Assembly: GCA_902825795.1 (NCBI GenBank)
Contig: CADECG010000001.1
Span: 1,476 to 65,475 of the forward strand
Source: an uncultured Bacteroidota bacterium
Lineage (GTDB): Bacteria; Bacteroidota; Bacteroidia; Flavobacteriales_F; PHOS-HE28
Direction of reading: 5' to 3'
DNA length: 64,000 nt
Translations under genes and position numbers: made by a program
The notes under the pieces: generated by a model
Database searches by the model: none
What the model was told of the DNA's origin: nothing
What the model saw: only the letters and a program-made list of their open reading frames with translations
Shown here: piece by piece, positions 43,723 through 53,950 of the stretch
Numbering within the stretch: position 1 is the stretch's first letter
Layout of the letters: each line of letters opens with the position of its first letter

Positions 43723-45624
43723 TCAATAGGCCCGTACGTTCTTCCCCTCCATCCAGTTGATGAAAGCGCGGTCCACCACGCGGTTGCCGCCGGGTGTGGG
43801 GTAATTGCCGGTGAAGTACCAATCGCCAGTGTGCTGCGGGCATGCGTTGCGCAACCCTTCGATGGACTGATAAACGATGCGCACTTCAGCCTTGGTATCC
43901 GCCGGGGTCAGGAGTTCCGTGATCTTGGCACTGATCTGCTCGTCGGTGAACGGCGCGAAGATGTCCTTCACCACGTTCTCCACTTGCGCAAGGGGCTTGC
44001 CCACATTGGCCAAGGCTCGGTCGTACACATCGTCGATCACGTTATCCTGCTTGGTCTCCTTCAGCAAAGCGATCGCCGCTTGGAACGCGACCAGGTCACC
44101 GAGCTTCGCCATGTCGATACCGTAACAATCGGGATAACGGATCTGCGGTGCACTGCTCACCACAACGATCCGTTTCGGCTCCAAGCGGTCCAGCATTTTC
44201 AGGATGCTCTGCTTCAGCGTGGTACCGCGTACGATGCTGTCGTCGATCACCACCAGGTTGTCAACGCCCGGCCTCACGCTACCGTAAGTGATGTCGTAAA
44301 CGTGAGCCACCAACTCATCGCGCGCGTTATCGCTGGTGATGAAGGTGCGCAGCTTGGCATCCTTGATCGCCACCTTCTCCAGACGCGGACGCATGGCCAG
44401 GATCTCGCGCAATTTGCCCGGAGCAGGCTTCGGCCCTAAATCGGTGATCAGCCGCTCCTTGGTTTTGTTCAGTTCATCCTCCAACCCTTTCAGCATGCCG
44501 TAGCACGCTACCTCTGCGGTGTTCGGGATGAAGCTGAACACCGTGTTCGTCAAGTCGTGATCGATGGCATCCATGATCGTGGGCACCACGTTGCGGCCCA
44601 ACGCGATACGCTCGCGGTACACATCGCGATCGCTGCCACGGCTGAAATAGATGCGCTCGAAACTGCACGACCGTTTCTCGACCGGTTCGCGTACTTGCTC
44701 CTCGCTGAACGAGCCGTTCTTACGCACGATCAACGCATGTCCCGGACGCAGCTCCTGCACTTGATCGGTCTTCACGCCGAAAGCCGTTTGGATCGCTGGA
44801 CGCTCGCTCGCCGCTACAACGAATTCATCATCCGCGTACCAGAAGCATGGGCGAATGCCCGCAGGATCGCGCATCACGAAAGCATCGCCATGGCCGATCA
44901 ATCCTGCGAACGCGTAACCGCCATCGAAGTCCATGGCGCTCATGCGCAGGATCGCAGCGATGTCCATTTTTTCCGCGATCACATCGGTGATCTGACGGTC
45001 GTTGTATCCCAGCTGGTGGTGGATCTGGCGCAGGCGATCGTTCTCCACATCCAAGTAGTGGCCGATCTTCTCCAGCACCGTCATGGTATCGCTGTGCTCC
45101 TTGGGGTGCTGGCCAATGCTCACGAGCAGGTCGAAGAGCTCATCAACGTTGGTCATGTTGAAGTTGCCCGCGAGCACCAGATTCCGGGTGATCCAATTGC
45201 TCAGGCGACGACGTGGATGGCAGTTCTCCAATCCACCGGCTCCGTACGTGGCATAGCGTAAATGACCCAACAGGACTTCACCCAGAAAGGGCACTTCTTT
45301 CTTGAGGCGCTCGACATCACCGGCCAGCGAGGGGTCCTTATCGATGGACTGTTGCGACGCCTTGTGGATACCCGCCAAAATCTTCTGTATCGCCTGCTTG
45401 TCGGTACTGCGGTTGCGGTCGATGAAATTGTCGCCCGGCGCTGGATCCAGCTTGATGGTAGCCACCCCGGCCCCGTCCTGTCCGCGGTTGTGCTGCTTCT
45501 CCATGAGAAGGAACAGCTTGTTGATCCCGGTGAAGGCCGTTCCGTACTTCTGCTGGTAGTGATGCAGGGGCTTCCGCAGGCGGATGAAGGCCAATCCGCA
45601 TTCGTGCTTGATCGCGTCGCTCAC
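43723..45624 (-). CDS. purF: Amidophosphoribosyltransferase (long Bacteroidota form)
   Basis: GTG start: MSDAIKHECGLAFIRL...QHNRGQDGAGV (Ntn glutaminase domain) ... VVIDDSIVRGTT (PRPP-binding motif). Confidence 0.9.
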   Translation of the reverse strand: MSDAIKHECGLAFIRLRKPLHHYQQKYGTAFTGINKLFLLMEKQHNRGQDGAGVATIKLDPAPGDNFIDRNRSTDKQAIQKILAGIHKASQQSIDKDPSLAGDVERLKKEVPFLGEVLLGHLRYATYGAGGLENCHPRRRLSNWITRNLVLAGNFNMTNVDELFDLLVSIGQHPKEHSDTMTVLEKIGHYLDVENDRLRQIHHQLGYNDRQITDVIAEKMDIAAILRMSAMDFDGGYAFAGLIGHGDAFVMRDPAGIRPCFWYADDEFVVAASERPAIQTAFGVKTDQVQELRPGHALIVRKNGSFSEEQVREPVEKRSCSFERIYFSRGSDRDVYRERIALGRNVVPTIMDAIDHDLTNTVFSFIPNTAEVACYGMLKGLEDELNKTKERLITDLGPKPAPGKLREILAMRPRLEKVAIKDAKLRTFITSDNARDELVAHVYDITYGSVRPGVDNLVVIDDSIVRGTTLKQSILKMLDRLEPKRIVVVSSAPQIRYPDCYGIDMAKLGDLVAFQAAIALLKETKQDNVIDDVYDRALANVGKPLAQVENVVKDIFAPFTDEQISAKITELLTPADTKAEVRIVYQSIEGLRNACPQHTGDWYFTGNYPTPGGNRVVDRAFINWMEGKNVRAY

Positions 45625-45685
45625 TTCACCTGTCCGGAGCAGGATGGAAGGCGGGCTGAACTGTCCGCCCCTGTGCTTCGGGCCA

Positions 45686-45693
45686 CGAAAGTA
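45686..45693 (-). promoter_or_regulatory. Candidate -7-like box TACTTTCG upstream of purF
   Basis: The reverse complement of CGAAAGTA lies 61 nt upstream of the GTG start. It deviates from TAnnTTTG at one position. Confidence 0.25.
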
Positions 45694-45799
45694 CGGTCCG
45701 GCCTACCAGCTACCCTGCTCAGGACACGTCTTGTCCGGTCCATCGGCAAGGATCCCCGGTCAAGCAACGTTGTAGGCGGGTTTCCGGTCTATTGCCCGG

Positions 45800-45807
45800 T
45801 ACATTCG
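45800..45807 (+). promoter_or_regulatory. Candidate -7 box TACATTCG upstream of 45827..49714
   Basis: GGTACATTCGA lies 19 nt before the GTG start. Confidence 0.35.
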
Positions 45808-45826
45808 AGGCTCTTTCCCCCTGACA

Positions 45827-48800
45827 GTGCGTCTTCTCCTTTCCATAACCACCCTTTTCGTCGTCTTCGGCCTCTACGCCCAAGAGCCTGTGGTGCGCTT
45901 TACGGAGAACAAGGGACAGTGGCCTGATCAGGTGCTCTACAGGGCCATGGTGCCGGGCGGCGCGGTGTTCATTGAGAAAAGCGCCATGACCTACGTGCTC
46001 ACCAGTGGTGGCGAGCATTTGCACCATGGGCACGCGCACGATGGCGAAATGCCCGAACCGCGTAAAGCGCACGCCTACCGGGTAACCTTCGAGGGCAGCA
46101 CGGGTGGCACGCCCGAGGGCAAGTTGAAGCAGCCGCACTACGAGAACTATTTCATCGGTAACGACCCGGCTGGATGGGGAACAGGTTGCGCGGTGTATGG
46201 TGAGGTGTGGGTGAAGGGGGTCTATCCGGGGGTGGATCTAAGGATCGATGGGAGCAAAGGGCTTAAGTACGACCTCGTCATTGCAACTGAGGCGGATCCT
46301 GATGTCATTCGAATGCGGTATGACGGGGCGGACGAACTTGAACTGAAGGCAGGCAGGATCCACGTGCGGACCAGTGCCGGTGAAGTTTTTGAAGAGCCCC
46401 CTTACGCATTCAACGAAATTTACTTGGGTATAGACGACCCATTGGAAGCGTGTCGCATAGAATGGGTCTGTCATTATCGGCTGAAGAACAACGTGATCAC
46501 GTTCGACCTTCCTAAGGGACGACCCGATTTTGACGACTTGACCATCGACCCCAACATCACCTTCGGTAGTTACAGCGGCAGCACCGCCGACAACTTCGGC
46601 TTCACCGCCACCTACGACAACGACGGGCACTTGTATGGTGGTGGTATCGTGTTCGGCATTGGTTACCCGATAACGGTTGGTGTGCTCGACCCCAGCTTCA
46701 ACGGCAATACCATCGATGTCGGCATCAGCAAGTGGCTGCCCGATGGCACCGGCCTGGTGTGGAGCACGTACCTCGGCGGAGCCTTCGGCAACGAGAGCCC
46801 GCACAGTTTGGTGGTGAACGACAACGACGAACTATTTGTGCTTGGTGCAACAGGTAGCAGCGATTTCGCAGTGACGCCCGGATGCTATGATGGATCCTTC
46901 AATGGCGGGAGCACCATTGATAACAACAACTCCGGGTGGCTTGGTATCAGTGGGTATGGGTACAGCCACATGAGCGGAACGGACATTTTCGTTGCGCATT
47001 TCAATGCGGGCGCCACAGCACTGTTGGGCTCAACATACGTGGGGGGGTCAGACAATGACGGCTTGAACAATGTGACGATACTGGCGCACAATTATGGCGA
47101 TCCGTTCAGAGGAGAGATAATCCTCGACGGGAGCGGAAATCCCGTGGTAGCTACCAGCACTGAAAGCAACAACGCACCTATATCGGCAGGTGCACCTCAG
47201 CCTGCGTACGGAGGCATTCAAGATGCCTACCTGTTCAGATTGGACCCGGGCCTTACGGCCCTTACCTGGGCCACGTACCATGGCGGCAGTCAGCGCGACA
47301 GTGGCTACGGACTACAGATGGATTCCAACGGGGAAATATTCGTTACCGGCGGCACCATGAGTATCGACCTACCGCTAGCAGGTGCTCCTTACCAAGCCAC
47401 ATCACCCGGCTTGGCAGATGGTTATCTGGCCCGCTACAACGCTGCTGGCACTGTGTTGCTGGGCGGTACGTTCATTGGCACGGGCAGTTATGATCAGTCG
47501 TACAAAGTGCAGCTGAACCTTGCCGATGAAGTATTCGTGCTTGGGCAAACGAACGGAGCGTTCCCGGTTACTCCCGGAAAATATGCCAACCCGGGTAGCG
47601 CGCAATTCATCCAGAAGTACAACCACGCACTGAGCGCATTACAATGGAGCACTGTCATTGGTAACGGTTCCGGAACCGAAGACTTGAGCCCAAGCGCATT
47701 CTTGGTGAGCGATTGCGGCCAGATATACTTGAGCGGGTGGGCAGGTTTGACGGGCGGCTCAACCACAACGGGTTTCCCAACTACGCTAGGAGCATTCCAA
47801 ACCACGACCGATGGAAGCGACTTCTATTTGATGGTTCTGGAGCCGGAAGCCGTTGCACTGAACTACGGAACGTTCTTCGGGGGCTCGCTAAGCAACGAAC
47901 ATGTCGATGGTGGCACCAGCCGTTTCGACAAGAATGGCAACGTGTACCAAGCAGTATGCGCGGGCTGCGGAAGCAACAGCGACTTCCCCACCACTCCCGG
48001 AGCTTGGAGCAATACGAACAACAGCACGAATTGCAATCTGGGCGTGTTCAAGTTCAACCTCAACCAACCTATTGCCCAGATCTCCATCAATGGTCCGAAT
48101 ACGGTATGCTTGGGCACCGCGATCCAGTTCGATAATCTCAGTGTTGGTGGCAGCTCTTACAACTGGTCGTTCGGCGATGGCAATACAAGTATTGACTTCG
48201 AACCTATGCACACTTATTCCGACACTGGAAACTATGTGGTAATGATGGTGCTCTCCGATCTCGACGGATGTACCGCTGACGATACCGCCTACCTCCAAGT
48301 GGAAGTGATCGGCTTCCCAGTGGCGGCGGTTGAGCCTGCTGGCCCGTTATGCCCTGGCGATACTGTGCAATTGCAAGCATCCGGCGGCGACACCTATGCG
48401 TGGATCCCCCCGACCAACTTGAGCAACTCGACCATCGCTGATCCGCTGGCGTGGCCCGACACCACCACTACATACACCATCGTTGTTGGAACATTGTGCG
48501 GAAGCGACACGGCAAGTGTCACCATACTGTTCAGCGTTCCTGCCGGGGGTGCAGGGCCCGATACGGTAATCTGCATCGGACAGAGCACGCCGATCACCGC
48601 GTTCGGTGGCGCCAGCTATTCGTGGACCATGGCCGCAACGCTGAACAATGCTTCCCTCCAGAACCCCATTGCTACGCCGCTCGATACAACGGAATACGTC
48701 GTCACCATCACCACCGTGGGCGGCTGCATCATTACCGACACACTGATCGTTTTCGTACAGTTCTCGCTGCCTGTGCCGGTGATCAACGACACGGCCACAT

Positions 48801-49714
48801 GTCCAGGCACGGCGGTGCAACTACAGGCCAGTGGTGCGGACAACTATGCCTGGGAGGCAGCACCGGGCATCGTCGACCTCACCATCCCCGATCCGTTCGT
48901 TACACCACCCGTGCCCATGTACTACGTGTGCATGTTCAGCAACACCTGCGGCAGTGTGCAGGACAGCGCGTTCGTTGATGTGGTGATCGTTGTTGCGGAT
49001 GCTTGGCCCGATACCATCATCTGCCCAGGCGAGAGCGTTCAGTTGTTCGCCAGCGGAGGAAACACCTACGCATGGTCACCGGCAGGGTCGTTGGATGATC
49101 CCGCCCTGCAAGCGCCGATGGCCACACCCGCAGCACCCACCAACTATCAAGTGATCGTCATCGGACCGGCTGGCTGCTCGGATACGGCCTACGCATACGT
49201 TGATCTGTTCCCCATGCCGATCGTGTACGCGGGTAGCGATGTGGAGATCGATTTTGGTGACGCCACGCAACTACAAGCCGTTGGCGACGGCGTTGTGGAA
49301 TGGACGCCGGATACATGGGTGATGGGCTGCCTCGACTGCCTCGACCCATGGGTTTCGCCGCAGAACAGCACGCTGTATACCATTTCGCTCACGGATACGA
49401 ACGGCTGCAAGGCCGTGGACCAGGTGCTGGTGATCGTGGACGGATCGCTGTACGTACCGAACACGTTCACGCCGGATGGTGATGGCGTGAACGATGTCTT
49501 CTTCGCCTCCGGCTTGGAGATCGACGATTTCGAACTACTGGTCTTCAACCGCTGGGGCGAACAGATCTGGAAAGGCGACAACCTGCGCGCCTCGTGGAAC
49601 GGCACCTACAGCGGTGTGCAGTCACCGATCGATACCTACGTGTGGAAGATCGAGTACAGCGAGATCAGCGGTGAGAAGCACAAGCTGATCGGGCATGTGA
49701 ATCTGGTGAGGTAA
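45827..49714 (+). CDS. Large surface protein (1295 aa): SBBP-type beta-propeller repeats, PKD domain, Ig-like repeats, T9SS type B CTD
   Basis: MRLLLSITTLFVVFGLYAQEPVVRFTENKGQWPDQVLY... It has repeated ..TYLGG...D.G.....D..GN.YV.G.T.S.DFP.T.GA.. units and a PKD-like block, YNWSFGDGNTS....H.Y.DTGNY.V.... The C-terminus is ..LYVPNTFTPDGDGVNDVFF....FNRWGEQIW...WNGTY.G......TYVWKIEY... Confidence 0.95.
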   Translation: MRLLLSITTLFVVFGLYAQEPVVRFTENKGQWPDQVLYRAMVPGGAVFIEKSAMTYVLTSGGEHLHHGHAHDGEMPEPRKAHAYRVTFEGSTGGTPEGKLKQPHYENYFIGNDPAGWGTGCAVYGEVWVKGVYPGVDLRIDGSKGLKYDLVIATEADPDVIRMRYDGADELELKAGRIHVRTSAGEVFEEPPYAFNEIYLGIDDPLEACRIEWVCHYRLKNNVITFDLPKGRPDFDDLTIDPNITFGSYSGSTADNFGFTATYDNDGHLYGGGIVFGIGYPITVGVLDPSFNGNTIDVGISKWLPDGTGLVWSTYLGGAFGNESPHSLVVNDNDELFVLGATGSSDFAVTPGCYDGSFNGGSTIDNNNSGWLGISGYGYSHMSGTDIFVAHFNAGATALLGSTYVGGSDNDGLNNVTILAHNYGDPFRGEIILDGSGNPVVATSTESNNAPISAGAPQPAYGGIQDAYLFRLDPGLTALTWATYHGGSQRDSGYGLQMDSNGEIFVTGGTMSIDLPLAGAPYQATSPGLADGYLARYNAAGTVLLGGTFIGTGSYDQSYKVQLNLADEVFVLGQTNGAFPVTPGKYANPGSAQFIQKYNHALSALQWSTVIGNGSGTEDLSPSAFLVSDCGQIYLSGWAGLTGGSTTTGFPTTLGAFQTTTDGSDFYLMVLEPEAVALNYGTFFGGSLSNEHVDGGTSRFDKNGNVYQAVCAGCGSNSDFPTTPGAWSNTNNSTNCNLGVFKFNLNQPIAQISINGPNTVCLGTAIQFDNLSVGGSSYNWSFGDGNTSIDFEPMHTYSDTGNYVVMMVLSDLDGCTADDTAYLQVEVIGFPVAAVEPAGPLCPGDTVQLQASGGDTYAWIPPTNLSNSTIADPLAWPDTTTTYTIVVGTLCGSDTASVTILFSVPAGGAGPDTVICIGQSTPITAFGGASYSWTMAATLNNASLQNPIATPLDTTEYVVTITTVGGCIITDTLIVFVQFSLPVPVINDTATCPGTAVQLQASGADNYAWEAAPGIVDLTIPDPFVTPPVPMYYVCMFSNTCGSVQDSAFVDVVIVVADAWPDTIICPGESVQLFASGGNTYAWSPAGSLDDPALQAPMATPAAPTNYQVIVIGPAGCSDTAYAYVDLFPMPIVYAGSDVEIDFGDATQLQAVGDGVVEWTPDTWVMGCLDCLDPWVSPQNSTLYTISLTDTNGCKAVDQVLVIVDGSLYVPNTFTPDGDGVNDVFFASGLEIDDFELLVFNRWGEQIWKGDNLRASWNGTYSGVQSPIDTYVWKIEYSEISGEKHKLIGHVNLVR

Positions 49715-49716
49715 CC

Positions 49717-50733
49717 TCACACGAAACGGTCGCGCTCGGCATTGAGCCATTCCAGCGCAGCCCCGCTCAATAACATCTCCTTCTTTTCATCCGTCCAAGG
49801 CATGCTGTGGATCAGCGCACCAGGCTCCAACTCACCGAGCGGGAACGGATAGTCGGTACCCATGGCGATGCGGTTGGCGCCGAACATATCAGTGACGATC
49901 TCCAGCATGCGTGGGTCGTGCACCAGTGAATCCAGCCAAAAGCGGCCGAGATAGTCCATTGGGGCCACGTTGTTGTCAACGGCGCAGAGGTCGGGGCGCA
50001 CTTCGAAACCATGCTGTATGCGACCAACGGTAGCCGGGAAAGAGCCGCCGCCATGTGCAAAAGCAACGCGCAGCTTTGGGCACTTCTCGAACAGTCCACT
50101 GAAGATCATGCTGCTGATGGCGAGCGCTGTTTCGGCCGGCATACCCACCAGCCAAGGCAACCAATACTTGTCCATCCGCTCCTTCCCCATCATGTCCCAC
50201 GGATGCACGAAGAGCGCCATGCCCTGTGCCTCCAGGGCTTGGAAGATCGGGAGAAGTCGAGGCTCACCGAGGTTGACCCCTTCGATGTGCGTGCCGATCT
50301 GGATGCCCTCAAGGCCGATGCGTTTGCAACGTTCCAGCTCCTTGATGGCCAAGTCGGCATCCTGCATGGGCAGCGTGCCCAAGCCGACAAAACGTTTGGG
50401 GTATCGGTGGACGATGCCTGCGATATGGTCGTTCAGAAATTCGCTCAACGCAAGGGTGTCCTGCGGCTTGGCCCAATAGCTGAACATCACCGGCACGGTG
50501 CTGAGCACTTGCACGTGGCAGTGGTGCACATCGCATTCTTCGATGCGTACCTGCGGATCCCAACAATTGGCCTGTACCTCGCGGAAGAACTTGTCGTCCA
50601 TCATCATACGCGCACAGCCCGGCTTGTGATGATCCAAGTGGACGAATCCCCGATAACCGAAGCGTCTCCCGAAGTCGGGTATGTCCTCCGGCAGGATGTG
50701 AGTGTGGATATCTATCGAGAGCAGATCGGCCAT
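49717..50733 (-). CDS. 2-amino-3-carboxymuconate-6-semialdehyde decarboxylase (ACMSD, amidohydrolase superfamily)
   Basis: MADLLSIDIHTHILPEDIP.....GF..L.........MMMDDKFFREV..NCWD...RI.ECD...V.VQVLSTVPVMFSYWAKP... ..HPWDMMG.. ..AFAHGGGSFP...GRI.HGF.. ..DSLVHD.. ..GTDYPFPLGE. Confidence 0.85.
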   Translation of the reverse strand: MADLLSIDIHTHILPEDIPDFGRRFGYRGFVHLDHHKPGCARMMMDDKFFREVQANCWDPQVRIEECDVHHCHVQVLSTVPVMFSYWAKPQDTLALSEFLNDHIAGIVHRYPKRFVGLGTLPMQDADLAIKELERCKRIGLEGIQIGTHIEGVNLGEPRLLPIFQALEAQGMALFVHPWDMMGKERMDKYWLPWLVGMPAETALAISSMIFSGLFEKCPKLRVAFAHGGGSFPATVGRIQHGFEVRPDLCAVDNNVAPMDYLGRFWLDSLVHDPRMLEIVTDMFGANRIAMGTDYPFPLGELEPGALIHSMPWTDEKKEMLLSGAALEWLNAERDRFV

Positions 50734-50743
50734 CGCGCCAAGA

Positions 50744-51274
50744 TCACACGAAGCGCGGATCGGTCTCCATCACATGTCCACAACTATTGCAGGTGCGCAG
50801 TTGCTCGTTCCCGTAAAACTCCTTGAAGCGCGGGATGAAGTCCTTTTCGATGTTGTGGAGGACGAACCGGTACTCGTGCAGCTTGTTGTTGCACTTCTCG
50901 CAGTACCACTGCAAGCCATCCTCCAACTCCCGATCATCGCGTTTGCATTCGATCACCAAGCCCACCGTTCCGGCGCCCCGTCTTGGTTGATGTGGAGTGC
51001 GCGAAGGCAACAGGAACATCTCTCCTTCCTTGATCGGGATGGTGACCGCCATACCATCTTCCTGGATACCGACCTCGATATCGCCTTCCACTTGGTAGAA
51101 GAGCTCCTCGGTCTCGTTCCAGTGGTAGTCCTTGCGTGCGTTGGGCCCGCCCACGATCATTACGATATAGTCGCCAGCATCCGCATAAAGGTTCTTATTG
51201 CCGACAGGCGGCTTCAGCAGATCGCGATTGTCGGCGATCCACTGCTTCAGGTTGAATGGACGACGTATGGGCAT
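50744..51274 (-). CDS. 3-hydroxyanthranilate 3,4-dioxygenase (cupin)
   Basis: I prefer the ATG at 51274 (MPIRRPFNLKQWI..). ..VMIVGGPNARKDYHWNETEELFYQVEGDI...EGEMFLLPSRTPHQPRR.. The C-terminal rubredoxin-like part is CEKCN...CNSCG. Confidence 0.9.
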   Translation of the reverse strand: MPIRRPFNLKQWIADNRDLLKPPVGNKNLYADAGDYIVMIVGGPNARKDYHWNETEELFYQVEGDIEVGIQEDGMAVTIPIKEGEMFLLPSRTPHQPRRGAGTVGLVIECKRDDRELEDGLQWYCEKCNNKLHEYRFVLHNIEKDFIPRFKEFYGNEQLRTCNSCGHVMETDPRFV

Positions 51275-51327
51275 GTGGTTCGGTGTGGGGGCTACCAAAA
51301 TAATCCAGTGTGGCGAGGCCTATGCCC

Positions 51328-52392
51328 TCAACGCAATACCACCGGGAGCACATGCTGGCCAGTGGCCCATTGCAACAACACATGGTAAACCCCGGGCACT
51401 ACGTCGAAATGCATCATGGTGGGTTCGCCGACTGCAAAAACCGCCCGGCCGTTCACTAACTCCCGACCAGCGGCATCGACCAAGGTCACGCTCACTTGGG
51501 CCAGATCCATTGGCGCAACAACACTCAAGGAAGCACCCACACCATTCCCGTTCACGATCCAACTGTTGTTGCGGGCGGAACCCTCAACTGTGGAACAGAG
51601 ATCAACGAAGATGCGCGCATCATTATCGCTGATGTCAACGCAGGATCCGGTGCTCGTTACGTTCAGAATGTCTTCTCCGGGCTCGGTACCCACCAGCGTC
51701 CCATTGTAGCTGATACCGACCACGTGATACTCGCCCACGTCCATCGTGTCGAAATCAAGGGGGTCGATGAACAAGATCTCAATACGGCCACCGTAATCGG
51801 TGAGCGCGAATGTGAAGGCTTCGGAGGAGGTCGTAGAACTACCGAATCCTATAATGTCGGGTAGACCATCCTTACAAACGTTGACCGTTCCCAATCCTTG
51901 ATCAGTGAGTATATCCCCGCCGTCGCAAGCACTAAGAACATTGTTCCCGCTCAAGCATATGGTAAAGAGACCCCCGCTTCCAACGCTGTTGTTCGTGAAG
52001 AACCGGATCAGATGATCCGTGCCAGGTGCAACGCTGACCACATACTGACTGTTCGAGGCGCTGTCGCAGAACAGGCTGCTTCCGCTGCATCCGTCCAGCA
52101 CTTCTATGCCCCATTCATCAATGGTGAAGAAGACCACATCAACAGTGATCTCCGTATTGGTGCCGCTGTTGAAGGAGTACCAAACATCCTTGAAGAACGT
52201 GCTGGTACCGACACAGGCGGGCAGTCCGCTCTGCGTACCATCGAAATTGTCACCCGCCAATCCCAAGCCGGGGCATTGACCCGATTGATTGACCGGAAGC
52301 GGTTGGGCGTTCCCGCAATCATCGTTGGCGGGTTGTGCGCTGACGGAAGTTGCCAAAGCCAAAGCGGCGAGCAGAAGTATGGTTGTTCTCAT
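51328..52392 (-). CDS. Secreted protein with a T9SS type A-like CTD, function unknown
   Basis: Signal peptide MRTTILLLAALALATSVSAQ, then PANDDCGNAQPL... The C-terminus reads ..VSVTLVDAAGRELV........FDVVPGVYHVLLQ... Confidence 0.8.
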   Translation of the reverse strand: MRTTILLLAALALATSVSAQPANDDCGNAQPLPVNQSGQCPGLGLAGDNFDGTQSGLPACVGTSTFFKDVWYSFNSGTNTEITVDVVFFTIDEWGIEVLDGCSGSSLFCDSASNSQYVVSVAPGTDHLIRFFTNNSVGSGGLFTICLSGNNVLSACDGGDILTDQGLGTVNVCKDGLPDIIGFGSSTTSSEAFTFALTDYGGRIEILFIDPLDFDTMDVGEYHVVGISYNGTLVGTEPGEDILNVTSTGSCVDISDNDARIFVDLCSTVEGSARNNSWIVNGNGVGASLSVVAPMDLAQVSVTLVDAAGRELVNGRAVFAVGEPTMMHFDVVPGVYHVLLQWATGQHVLPVVLR

Positions 52393-52540
52393 GGGTAAGC
52401 CTGAAGGGCTACAAGGATAATGGCGATCGGGATCCGCAGAGGCGTTCCCGTGACCGGAATAACATGCGCCTGTTCATCCCTATTGGGCAGTCGCACTGAA
52501 TAGGCAGGGTGCACAGGCGTACTTCGCGCCACGCATCGCC

Positions 52541-53947
52541 ATGCTCTTCAACAGTCTCGATTTTCTCTGCCTACTGGTCCCGGCCTTCGTGCTGTACTAC
52601 CTCCCCCTCCTGTATCGGTTCCAGTTGCATCTGATCGTGGTGGCGAGTTTCATTTTCTACGCTTACAGCGAACCATGGCTGTTGAGCCTGCTGGTGATCA
52701 GCATAGGCATCAACATAGTGGCCAGCTATGGGGCAGTGCACGGCGAGGTAGGGCATCGAAAGTTCTATGCGACGCTGGGGGTGGTGGTGAACCTCAGCAT
52801 CCTTCTGTTCTTCAAATACAGTCCATTGTTCGGCCGAAGCTTCTTCAATGGCACTGGGCTCGGTGAGTTCCTGGTGGCCATTCCGCTTCCCATCGGTATC
52901 AGCTTCTTCACCTTTCAAGGCATCAGCTTGGCAGTGGATGCCTATCGCGGTCGGGACCTGCCGGAGTACAAGAGCATCATCGTAAAGAACATCTGGCAGC
53001 ATAGTCTGCGCAGCGCCGCCTTCAAGTCCTTCTTCCCACAATTGGTGGCAGGCCCCGTTGTGAAAGCCAAGGACTTCCTACCACAGATCACCACCAAATA
53101 CTTCAGCGGCATCGACTGGGAAAAGGCCGTGGGCGCGTTGGTGGTTGGCTACTTCCTGAAAATGGTGATCGCCGACAACATGAGCGAACAGACATTCTGG
53201 CTCACGTATCCCTATTTCAAGGGGTTGTCGTCCATCACCTTGATCGCCCTGCTCTTCGGCTACAGCATGCAGATCTTCGCCGACTTCGCAGGCTACTCGC
53301 TCATAGCCATCGGACTTGGTCATCTATTCGGCTACACGCTGATGACCAACTTCAACTTCCCCTACCTCAGCCGCAGCTTCAGCGAATTCTGGAAGCGCTG
53401 GCACATCAGCCTCAGCAGTTTCCTACGCGAGTATCTGTACATACCGCTCGGCGGGAACCGCAAGGGTCCGGTGCGCACGTACATCAACCTGATGCTCACC
53501 ATGGTGCTCGGCGGTCTGTGGCACGGGGCCGCATGGAGCTACGCTGTTTGGGGGGCCTTCCACGGCGGTGTACTGGCGGTGGAGCGGTTGCTCCAGGACA
53601 AGTTCGGCGGGCCCTTCAAGGTGCCTAAGCTTTTGAGCACACTGTTCATCTTCATGTGCGTTACACTGGCTTGGCTGCTCTTCAAGCTCCCCGACTTCAA
53701 CCATGTGATCGCCTATGTGAAAGCACTCGCGGGCAACTGGACCAGTGGCGAGATACAGCCGCTCATTCTCTACTTCATAACGCTGTTGAGCATCCCCATC
53801 GTCGCGTACCACCTCTTCCACTACGGCAATGAGGGCAAGGCGCGCGCACGGCGGGCAAAGTGGCAGCCGTACGCTTACGGCATCATGCTCTTTCTACTTC
53901 TCACCAATAGCGGCAGCGGCGGGGCATTCATCTATTTCCAGTTCTAG
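52541..53947 (+). CDS. MBOAT-family membrane O-acyltransferase (AlgI/DltB/PatA-like)
   Basis: 468-aa multi-TM protein: ..GISFFTFQ.IS...D.YRG....FF.PQLVAGP......FWKRWHISLS.FLR.YLYIPLGGNR......MLT.VLGGLWHGA.W.. Confidence 0.9.
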   Translation: MLFNSLDFLCLLVPAFVLYYLPLLYRFQLHLIVVASFIFYAYSEPWLLSLLVISIGINIVASYGAVHGEVGHRKFYATLGVVVNLSILLFFKYSPLFGRSFFNGTGLGEFLVAIPLPIGISFFTFQGISLAVDAYRGRDLPEYKSIIVKNIWQHSLRSAAFKSFFPQLVAGPVVKAKDFLPQITTKYFSGIDWEKAVGALVVGYFLKMVIADNMSEQTFWLTYPYFKGLSSITLIALLFGYSMQIFADFAGYSLIAIGLGHLFGYTLMTNFNFPYLSRSFSEFWKRWHISLSSFLREYLYIPLGGNRKGPVRTYINLMLTMVLGGLWHGAAWSYAVWGAFHGGVLAVERLLQDKFGGPFKVPKLLSTLFIFMCVTLAWLLFKLPDFNHVIAYVKALAGNWTSGEIQPLILYFITLLSIPIVAYHLFHYGNEGKARARRAKWQPYAYGIMLFLLLTNSGSGGAFIYFQF

Positions 53948-53950
53948 ACG

